IMG/VR virus record: IMGVR_UViG_2531839006_000011
Location: 1-13,089 of that record
DNA from: a virus
Lineage: Duplodnaviria > Heunggongvirae > Uroviricota > Caudoviricetes
Length of the DNA: 13,089 bases
Direction: 5' to 3' (one strand)
The notes under the pieces were generated by a model. That model was not told where the DNA came from and searched no databases. It was given only the letters and a program-made list of their open reading frames with translations. Shown piece after piece: positions 7,883 to 13,089 of this stretch; positions within the stretch are counted from its first letter, which is position 1, and each line of letters opens with the position of its first letter. The translations under genes were made by a program, and so were the position numbers.

Positions 7883-8127
7883 AGATGAAAGAGCTGGTTC
7901 CCGGTCTGCTGAGCTGTCCCGGGGTACCGCCAGCCTGCCAGCGGAAGGCGGTGGACCTCGTTAACCGGTTTCGTCGCGGGGAGAGGAATTACCATGAACT
8001 GAAGGAAAAGGGATTCGGGTATATCAAGATTAATGTTGGTCCGGACTGGCGGTTACTGAGCAGGAACCGGGGACAAACCTGGGCGCTGTTGAGTCACGAG
8101 CGATACAACAATATGAGACTGAGGTAG
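7879..8127 (+). CDS. Hypothetical small protein (82 aa) with RelE/ParE-like C-terminal signature
   Basis: C-terminus WRLLSRNRGQTWALLSHERYNNM fits the RelE/ParE pattern of two beta strands ending in a His/Arg-x-Arg-x-Tyr region. The family call is by-eye inference only. Confidence 0.55.
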   Translation: MKMKELVPGLLSCPGVPPACQRKAVDLVNRFRRGERNYHELKEKGFGYIKINVGPDWRLLSRNRGQTWALLSHERYNNMRLR

Positions 8128-8133
8128 AGCAAA

Positions 8134-8310
8134 ATGACTGATTTTGGTTCAACTAAATATAACGCCAGTTTTGAAGAATGGCATGAAGTGTTAATGGACT
8201 ATGCCGGGTTACGTGGTGGAAGTGCCGCCGATGCCGAAGCATGGCGCGATGACTATGAAGCTGGAAAAACGCCTGTCGAAGCATATTGCGATGAGTGGGG
8301 TGATGAATGA
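8134..8310 (+). CDS. Small highly acidic hypothetical protein (58 aa)
   Basis: ATG 8134 with GAGG about 9 nt upstream; 15 of 58 residues are D/E against 5 K/R/H; its TGA (8308-8310) overlaps the next ATG (8307-8309). Confidence 0.5.
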   Translation: MTDFGSTKYNASFEEWHEVLMDYAGLRGGSAADAEAWRDDYEAGKTPVEAYCDEWGDE

Positions 8311-8519
8311 GCAAAATTGACTATCAGGAGCTGCGTGAGGCGGCAGAAAAGGCAATGCATGACGACTGGGGATTTGACACGGACCTTTTCTATGAGCTGG
8401 TAGAACCATCGATTGTGCTGGCTCTGCTGGATGAATGCGAGACGCTGGCAACTGAGAATGCGAAGCTGAAGACAGCACACCCTCAACTGTTCGGGAAAGC
8501 TGAAGGAGCGACAAAATGA
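8307..8519 (+). CDS. Ea22-like small protein (70 aa)
   Basis: MSKIDYQELREAAEKA...SIVLALLDECETLATENAKLK resembles the LREAAEKA / LALLDE motifs of lambdoid-prophage Ea22-like proteins (recollection). ATGA overlap with the next gene at 8516-8519. Confidence 0.6.
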   Translation: MSKIDYQELREAAEKAMHDDWGFDTDLFYELVEPSIVLALLDECETLATENAKLKTAHPQLFGKAEGATK

Positions 8520-8737
8520 GCAAGCCAACCGACGAAGAAATAGTTCGGGTGTTGGAAGAACACGGGCGCTGTATGACTTACGTCGTGACCAACTGGCTTA
8601 GGGATAAATATCGCACACTCAAAACGGCATACGTTTTGCGTCGTCTAAAGAAACTGGAGTTCGACGGGAAAGTAAAGCGCGTTAACAGTTCTTATATAAG
8701 ACAAATTTGCTGGGAGGCAACCAGTGAGCGAGATTGA
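8516..8737 (+). CDS. Small basic protein, possible winged-helix DNA-binding protein (73 aa)
   Basis: C-terminal YVLRRLKKLEFDGKVKRV resembles a wHTH recognition helix plus wing. ATG at 8516 overlaps the upstream stop. Confidence 0.5.
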   Translation: MSKPTDEEIVRVLEEHGRCMTYVVTNWLRDKYRTLKTAYVLRRLKKLEFDGKVKRVNSSYIRQICWEATSERD

Positions 8738-9323
8738 TTATCAGGCGCTACGGGAACGTTATTCACCTAAGCCAGTACCTGAATGCTCTGTTTGTGGCGA
8801 GGAAATGTCAATACAGCGCATATCTGGAGCACATGTTGTTTATGCCTGTTCCGGTGAGGGTGATGACGGATATTTTAAGATAGGGCGTACTTTTGCAGAC
8901 GAACATTATGAAGAATCACGCGTAACAGTAGTTGATGATAGTGATCCCGATGTGATTGCACTACTGGACGAACTGGAGGCAGCAAAATCAAAACTCAACG
9001 AGCAGCGTGAATATTACGAGGGAGTAATCGCGGATGGGAGTAAGCGTATTGCAGAACTGGAAGCACGGGAAATAAAACCAGCCAAAGGCGAAGTTCTTGT
9101 CGTTGTATCTGGTTTTACTGGTTGCGGAAAAAGCGCCATTGCCGGGGAAATAGAAATCGCGATGAAGGCTATTGGTGTGCCGGTTCTATGGACTAATGGC
9201 GATGCGGAAAAGCGCATGACAGGAGCTGACTGGCTGACAGCGATTGAGATGTACAAACCAAATGTGCGCATCGTGGAAGTTAATGTGCCACGCGTCGCTG
9301 GCATTCGCACCAAAGGAGAGTGA
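8724..9323 (+). CDS. Ea22-like N-terminus / Cys-cluster / coiled-coil / C-terminal P-loop protein (199 aa, GTG start)
   Basis: GTG at 8724 with GGGAGG 6 nt upstream. N-terminus MSEIDYQALRE parallels the 8307 ORF; Cys cluster CSVCGEEM...YACSGEGDDGY; VIALLDELEAAKSKL; Walker A-like SGFTGCGKSA. Confidence 0.55.
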   Translation: MSEIDYQALRERYSPKPVPECSVCGEEMSIQRISGAHVVYACSGEGDDGYFKIGRTFADEHYEESRVTVVDDSDPDVIALLDELEAAKSKLNEQREYYEGVIADGSKRIAELEAREIKPAKGEVLVVVSGFTGCGKSAIAGEIEIAMKAIGVPVLWTNGDAEKRMTGADWLTAIEMYKPNVRIVEVNVPRVAGIRTKGE

Positions 9324-9324
9324 T

Positions 9325-9840
9325 ATGGCGTTAACACACCGCGAACTCTGTCAGATTGCGTACAAGTTCCTTAAGCGCAACGGGTTCAAGGTTTGTTTTC
9401 ATGACCGCTTTATAGCTGTAACCAGTACCGGAGAACAGCCAGATGCTATGGGATTCAGAAATTCAGCATCATGCCTGATAGAGGCGAAATGTTCTCGTGC
9501 TGACTTGTTGGCAGATAGAAAAAAGCGTTTTCGTAAAAATCCATCTCTTGGAATGGGCGACTGGCGATTCTTTATTAGTGAGCCGGGAATTATTTCAATT
9601 GAGGATTTACCACCTGGCTGGGGATTACTTCACGTTGTTAACGGAAGAGTACGGAAAGTACATGGGTGGCCCAGGGGTAATTGCTGTTGGGGTAATCCTG
9701 ACGATAAGCCATTTACTGGAAATAAGCAGGTTGAATGCGATTACATGTTATCTGCATTAAGGCGCATGGAGTTGAGAGGGCACCTTAATGAAATATATGA
9801 CGGTGTAATTGTTAATAAGAAAGAAGGAAACGCAGCATGA
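9325..9840 (+). CDS. PD-(D/E)xK nuclease-like protein, MmcB-like (171 aa)
   Basis: AAAGGAG SD before ATG 9325. Motifs GEQPDAMGF ... LIEAKCSRADLLADRKKRF fit a D...E-x-K nuclease core as in the MmcB/DUF1052 family (recollection). Confidence 0.6.
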   Translation: MALTHRELCQIAYKFLKRNGFKVCFHDRFIAVTSTGEQPDAMGFRNSASCLIEAKCSRADLLADRKKRFRKNPSLGMGDWRFFISEPGIISIEDLPPGWGLLHVVNGRVRKVHGWPRGNCCWGNPDDKPFTGNKQVECDYMLSALRRMELRGHLNEIYDGVIVNKKEGNAA

Positions 9841-9977
9841 TCACTATTACCAAAGAGCGACTGCTGACAATCCAGCAGTGGCGCGAAACATACGGACCTG
9901 GTAGCAACGTTGTATTGCCAGCAGAAGAAGCGGAAGAACTGGCACGAATTGCACTGGCATTGCTGGAAGCAGAACCG
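9837..9977 (+). repeat. About 141-bp direct repeat, copy 1 (5' module of a paralogous gene pair)
   Basis: Hand alignment to 10668-10808 gives 9 mismatches in 141 bp; similarity ends abruptly after the module. Confidence 0.8.
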
Positions 9978-10235
9978 CTGGTGCCCGTCATGTATAAAGG
10001 AATGAAACTGTTAACAAAAGAGGGGCTTGAGCTTATTCGTGACGGTATTGCTGAGGCTACAGGACTGGAAGCAATGTGTATGGCTGAGGCTTTGCTGTCT
10101 GGGGCGTCAGTGCCGTCAGTGCCAGAAGAAATGTATTGGCAGGATGCGCCTGTTGGAGGCAGTAGCAAAGCAGCTGCATACGCGACAGGCTGGAATGCCT
10201 GTCGCGCCGCAATGCTTCAGGGAAAAGGAAAGTGA
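9837..10235 (+). CDS. Hypothetical protein, paralog A of a shared N-terminal module (132 aa)
   Basis: ATGA overlap with the upstream gene; the first 47 aa are near-identical to the ORF at 10668 and the C-terminus is unrelated. Confidence 0.6.
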   Translation: MITITKERLLTIQQWRETYGPGSNVVLPAEEAEELARIALALLEAEPLVPVMYKGMKLLTKEGLELIRDGIAEATGLEAMCMAEALLSGASVPSVPEEMYWQDAPVGGSSKAAAYATGWNACRAAMLQGKGK

Positions 10236-10236
10236 T

Positions 10237-10458
10237 ATGGCTAACTCGTTACTTGAAACCTGCAACAACTGGCAGATTCAGAGGGCGGAGATTTTATCTC
10301 GCAATCCAGATATGGCAATGACAATTGATAATCTGGACACGCTAATTGAACGGACCGTGCGTTCTGCAATTGATATAGCACATCGAGTGGATTGGGATTT
10401 CAGAGAAGCGGAGCGGCTTGCTAAAGAGCAGGAGAAAGCAGCGGGTAAAGGAGACTGA
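10237..10458 (+). CDS. Hypothetical small protein (73 aa)
   Basis: ATG 10237 follows the upstream TGA (10233-10235) with AAGGA upstream; its stop abuts the next ATG at 10460. The track's longer 10027 start overlaps the upstream gene and was not used. Confidence 0.5.
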   Translation: MANSLLETCNNWQIQRAEILSRNPDMAMTIDNLDTLIERTVRSAIDIAHRVDWDFREAERLAKEQEKAAGKGD

Positions 10459-10459
10459 T

Positions 10460-10657
10460 ATGGATAAAAACACCACTGCTTACTGGAATCTGTCACTTGA
10501 TACCGAATGCCCAAAATGCGGTCACAATTTCGATCTGCTTTGTGATCCAGATTTCTGGGAATTTTCTGGAGCAAAACAGGCATGTGAAGAAATAAAAGGT
10601 TACGAAACATGCTGTCCAGAATGTAACCATGAATTTAAAACAGATTTTGTGTATTGA
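10460..10657 (+). CDS. Small zinc-ribbon-like protein (65 aa)
   Basis: Two Cys pairs, CPKCGHNF and CCPECNHEF, spaced as in a zinc ribbon; ATG at 10460. Confidence 0.55.
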   Translation: MDKNTTAYWNLSLDTECPKCGHNFDLLCDPDFWEFSGAKQACEEIKGYETCCPECNHEFKTDFVY

Positions 10658-10667
10658 GGCATAACAA

Positions 10668-10808
10668 ATGACCACTATAACCAAAGAGCGACTGCTGACA
10701 ATCAAGCAGTGGCGCGAAACATACGGACCGGGTAGCAACGTTGTACTGCCAGCAGAAGAAGCGGAAGAACTGGCACGGATTGTACTGGCATCGCTGGAAG
10801 CGGAACCG
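10668..10808 (+). repeat. About 141-bp direct repeat, copy 2
   Basis: See copy 1 at 9837-9977. Confidence 0.8.
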
Positions 10809-11081
10809 GTGGCGTGGATGTGTGATGACGAAGATGGTCGTGAATATAACGGTCATAACGAGTTTTCTTATGGAAGACGCGGGATTCCCCTTTACGCCGT
10901 CCCGCCAGCGCCGAATGGATTGGTTAAAGCCGTAGCTTTCTATGAGCAGGTTAAACGTGAAAATCCGCCAGTTGAAACGGGAGCATGGAAAGACGCCGTT
11001 GACTGGGTGCTTAAACAAGCTTGTCAGGCTGTAAACACTGGCATCAATGAAAGAAGAACAATTGAAGAAAATGATGATTGA
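10668..11081 (+). CDS. Hypothetical protein, paralog B of the shared N-terminal module (137 aa)
   Basis: ATG 10668 with GAGG about 8 nt upstream; N-terminus MTTITKERLLTIKQWRETYGPGSNVVLPAEEAEELARIVLASLEAEP differs at 4 of 47 positions from the 9837 ORF. Confidence 0.6.
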   Translation: MTTITKERLLTIKQWRETYGPGSNVVLPAEEAEELARIVLASLEAEPVAWMCDDEDGREYNGHNEFSYGRRGIPLYAVPPAPNGLVKAVAFYEQVKRENPPVETGAWKDAVDWVLKQACQAVNTGINERRTIEENDD

Positions 11082-11129
11082 GCCGGAAGCAGCAAAAAAG
11101 CGCATTGCAGAACTGGAGGAGCGCCGGTC

Positions 11130-11345
11130 ATGAGAAAAATCAGTGGAATGTTGAACCTGGAGAAGGCCAGGATGCAGTTGCGTGTTTTGTTATCAGGACC
11201 GGTTCCTGCGATCACTCCGATGTCGCATGCCGTGGCAATTAAAGTTGTGCCTGATGCTCCGGATGCGAGTGAGCGGAGGGTGGCTGAACTGGAACAGGCC
11301 TGCGCTGCCGCGGGCATTCGTATCAAAGGGGAACAAGTGAAATGA
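11130..11345 (+). CDS. Hypothetical small protein (71 aa)
   Basis: GGAGGA about 9 nt upstream of ATG 11130; its stop overlaps the next ATG (ATGA at 11342-11345). Confidence 0.45.
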   Translation: MRKISGMLNLEKARMQLRVLLSGPVPAITPMSHAVAIKVVPDAPDASERRVAELEQACAAAGIRIKGEQVK

Positions 11346-11563
11346 AACTGAAGATGCAGGCAATGGACGGCCCGGTGATTATAGAGAGTAGTGATGTGAC
11401 ACAGTTTTACCCTGACCATGAAAGTGGCGGGGAACTCACCGCTGTTGAGTACCTTGCTGACGGGGGAAGAATCACCGCGAGGGTGAGGCACTCTTTTTAT
11501 CAGGTTGCTGCGGCACTTGCCGGGGCATGGCGTGCGGATGATGCATCAAAAAGCGGTGGGTGA
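11342..11563 (+). CDS. Hypothetical small protein (73 aa)
   Basis: ATGA-coupled to the upstream ORF; last gene of the small-ORF train. Confidence 0.45.
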   Translation: MKLKMQAMDGPVIIESSDVTQFYPDHESGGELTAVEYLADGGRITARVRHSFYQVAAALAGAWRADDASKSGG

Positions 11564-11823
11564 GGACTGTGCCGGAATGATTGTCTGTTCCGAAGCTGCT
11601 GAACCGCGACATAAATTTTTTATGTTGCGGTGAAGCAGCCGGCAAACGAAGAGCGTCAGCGTATCAACAGTTAAGGAAAATATCTTCTGAAGCCGGACGC
11701 GACAGTCAGTCCGGTGGTGCTCGTGTGGTGAAGTGTTTAGCCTGCATCTTTGACAGGGTTCAGTTATAAGCATTTCGGAAACCGTTCCCCGGCGCAGTCT
11801 GCCGGGATTTAAGGAGTTTATTT
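11564..11823 (+). promoter_or_regulatory. Structured 260-bp intergenic region upstream of the Rep-like gene (inverted repeats, iteron-related 11-mer, strong SD)
   Basis: Inverted repeats CCGCGACATAAA / TTTATGTTGCGG (11604-11630), CCGGAC / GTCCGG (11693-11714) and CCCGGC / GCCGGG (11788-11806); TTCGGAAACCG at 11774-11784 recurs inside the downstream gene (12644-12654); AAGGAG before ATG 11824. The track ORF here (11581-11769) is rich in rare codons. Confidence 0.4.
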
Positions 11824-13089
11824 ATGGCGCTACCTGCAGAAAGCCTTATTGCGCATACGCTCAGAAAAATGAAGGCCAGCATGGCAGAGAAAGCCAGTCG
11901 TGAGGACGGGAGGATACGCAGTGGGCTGTTGTTTACCGGCAATGTTCACGATTCGTATCCCCGCAGGCTGTTGCTGGATACGCGCCTTTCTCCCCTTGAT
12001 AAAACTGCGTGGATGATGATTCGTCTGCATGCCCTGAATAATGAGGGCGCAGTATTTCCGACGTACGATGAACTGCAGTTACAACTGGCATCTCCCGGGT
12101 GCGGGAAGGCGTCCCGTGAAACAGTGAGCCGGGTGCTGACAATGCTGCGGCTTACGGGCTGGCTGAGTCTGTGTAAGCGGGTCAGGGATGAAAAAGGGCG
12201 GGTCCGGGGGAATATTTACGCCCTGCATGATGAGCCACTGACCTGCTGTGATGCAGAAAAGTTTGACCCACGATACCTGGATATGGTTCTGGATACTGTG
12301 AGCAGGAGCCGGAACAAGACAATCCGGCACACAGCCAGTGAAGTGCTCAGTGATATCAAAAATGAGCCCGGTATGCGGCATTACCACAGCCATATCACTC
12401 TGTTTGAATCGCGTATGGGGGCAGCACAGACACCTGGTCAGCTGGCGGCGCGTCAGCGGGTGAACCCGATGGTGAATGAAAACACAGGCAGAGAGAGTGG
12501 TTCGGATTCCGTACATACCCCTGCACCTGTCGTGCAGGTAACCGAACTCAGTGCTCCGTTAACCGAACTCAGTGAAAAACAGGAAATGAGCCCACTCAGT
12601 TCGGATTCCGTACCGCCTGAAAAATCAGTAACTTATCACTCGGTTCGGAAACCGAACAATTACGTACGTAATATCACACACAGTGTGATTAAAAATACGT
12701 ACGTATTGCCTGAGTCGGTGAAATCGCAAATCAGCACAGAAGACACGGACATGCTGACAAAACAACTGCAGGCGTTGCCGGAAGAACTGGCAGGTAGTGT
12801 GCTGAGCAGCCTGTCACAGATGCTCAGCAAAAACACGCTCCAGAATCCGGTTGGCTGGATGCTGGCTGTGATGAAACGTGCGCGTGAGGGAAGTTTTAAT
12901 ACGCCGGATATGTCCGTGCATGAATCCCGGTCGCCAGCCCGTGCACCATATCAGCCTGTGTACAACCGTGATGAACGTGAACGTCGTCGCAGGAAAGTGG
13001 CGTCACCTGAAACGGTGAGCAACATTGTCGCAGAATTCCGTGCCAGCCTGAAACGTGCAAATGCTGCCCGTCTGGCGGCGCGTGTTTGA
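11824..13089 (+). CDS. Winged-helix DNA-binding protein, candidate replication initiator (421 aa, complete; TGA at 13087-13089)
   Basis: N-terminal region LSPLDKTAWMMIRLHA...GKASRETVSRVLTMLRLTGWLS...GRVRGNIYALHDEP looks like a wHTH initiator/regulator domain; a central low-complexity linker is encoded by iteron-like DNA repeats; basic C-terminus. The replication role is inferred. Confidence 0.7.
   Translation: MALPAESLIAHTLRKMKASMAEKASREDGRIRSGLLFTGNVHDSYPRRLLLDTRLSPLDKTAWMMIRLHALNNEGAVFPTYDELQLQLASPGCGKASRETVSRVLTMLRLTGWLSLCKRVRDEKGRVRGNIYALHDEPLTCCDAEKFDPRYLDMVLDTVSRSRNKTIRHTASEVLSDIKNEPGMRHYHSHITLFESRMGAAQTPGQLAARQRVNPMVNENTGRESGSDSVHTPAPVVQVTELSAPLTELSEKQEMSPLSSDSVPPEKSVTYHSVRKPNNYVRNITHSVIKNTYVLPESVKSQISTEDTDMLTKQLQALPEELAGSVLSSLSQMLSKNTLQNPVGWMLAVMKRAREGSFNTPDMSVHESRSPARAPYQPVYNRDERERRRRKVASPETVSNIVAEFRASLKRANAARLAARV
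12496..12706. repeat. Iteron-like repeat cluster inside the Rep-like CDS (candidate origin or operator array)
   Basis: Exact 15-mer GTTCGGATTCCGTAC twice (12500-12514, 12599-12613); exact 13-mer ACCGAACTCAGTG twice (12541-12553, 12562-12574); GGTTCGG-AA-ACCGAAC at 12642-12657; TACGTACGTA twice (12661-12670, 12696-12705) flanking ATCACAC-aca-GTGTGAT (12673-12689). Confidence 0.5.

Larger units (their letters stand above)
1..13089. mobile_element. Attachment-site end of a tRNA-Phe-targeting integrative element (ICE/genomic-island-like): integrase, att core, then ParA-DnaB-ParB-like module and accessory genes
   Basis: P4-type integrase next to a 50-nt tRNA-Phe 3' fragment; the ParA / DnaB-like / ParB-nuclease-domain gene order recalls the conserved core of SPI-7/PAPI-1/ICEclc-family ICEs (recollection, not searched). 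Neither element boundary can be set from this window alone. Confidence 0.7.

Noticed and set aside
7441-7995. ORFs 7441-7698 (+), 7597-7995 (-) and 7607-7843 (-)
   Set aside because: Overlap the coupled plus-strand genes; Cys/Pro-rich translations; no ribosome-binding sites noted.
8209-8528. Minus-strand ORFs 8209-8523 and 8253-8528
   Set aside because: Antisense to two tightly coupled plus-strand small genes.
9244-9324. Track start of the nuclease-like ORF at 9244
   Set aside because: The ATG at 9325 has an AAAGGAG ribosome-binding site and avoids an 80-bp overlap.
9014-9337. Minus-strand ORF inside the 8724-9323 gene
   Set aside because: Antisense shadow; Ser/Ala/Ile-rich.
9497-9760. ORF 9497-9760 (+)
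   Set aside because: Alternative frame inside the nuclease-like CDS.
10027-10236. Track start of ORF 10027-10458
   Set aside because: The extension overlaps the preceding gene; ATG 10237 sits right after its stop with a ribosome-binding site.
9812-10738. Minus-strand ORFs 9812-10168 and 10493-10738 sharing LLPGPYVSRHC(W/L)IVSSRSLVIV
   Set aside because: Their similarity is just the antisense reading of the 141-bp duplicated module; Ser-rich, low-complexity, no independent support.
10278-11105. Minus-strand ORFs 10278-10610 and 10635-11105, and plus ORF 10741-10935
   Set aside because: Antisense or out of frame relative to the coupled plus-strand genes.
11047-11133. 28-aa ORF (MKEEQLKKMMIEPEAAKKRIAELEERRS) ending in an ATGA overlap with the 11130 gene
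   Set aside because: Too short, and it overlaps the 3' end of the 10668 gene by 35 bp; its KRIAELEERR echoes KRIAELEAREI in the 8724 ORF, but that is probably coincidence.
11024-11491. Minus-strand ORF 11024-11491
   Set aside because: Antisense to three coupled plus-strand ORFs.
11546-11942. ORFs in the 11564-11823 gap (11581-11769 +, 11546-11773 -, 11760-11942 -)
   Set aside because: Rich in rare codons and overlapping inverted repeats; the region looks regulatory rather than coding.
11830-12516. Minus-strand ORFs inside the Rep-like gene (11830-12030, 11933-12142, 12079-12516)
   Set aside because: Antisense shadows of a CDS with a credible start, ribosome-binding site and stop.
1-13089. 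CRISPR array, rRNA, or insertion sequence with terminal inverted repeats
   Set aside because: No regularly spaced repeat-spacer array, no rRNA-like segment and no transposase-like ORF were seen; the repeats present are iteron-like and gene-module duplications.

Overview
This 13.1-kb window is the attachment-site end of a tRNA-Phe-targeting integrative mobile element, with SPI-7/PAPI-1/ICEclc-like core genes plus lambdoid-prophage-like accessory genes. Everything below is read by eye from the sequence and the supplied ORF track; no database search or alignment was run, so family names are recollection. Layout: a complete P4-type tyrosine integrase on the minus strand (1-1263); a 50-nt copy of the 3' end of tRNA-Phe with a terminator hairpin (1419-1510), which is an att core and not a full tRNA gene; then a plus-strand gene train. 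The train is ParA-like ATPase, a hypothetical, a DnaB-family helicase, a large ParB-like protein and a DUF2786-like protein, followed by about 13 small ORFs (7305-11563) joined by ATGA-type start/stop overlaps, and a final 421-aa winged-helix Rep-like gene (11824-13089). The strongest candidate for something new is an iteron-like repeat cluster inside that Rep-like gene, with a related site in its upstream region, suggesting an origin embedded in its own initiator gene. Other points worth follow-up are the int / att / parA junction topology (circular attP form or tandem insertion), two pairs of paralogous N-terminal modules among the small ORFs, a RelE/ParE-like small ORF next to a frame-switch site, and a convergent overlapping ORF pair between parA and the helicase. 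No CRISPR array, rRNA or complete tRNA was seen.
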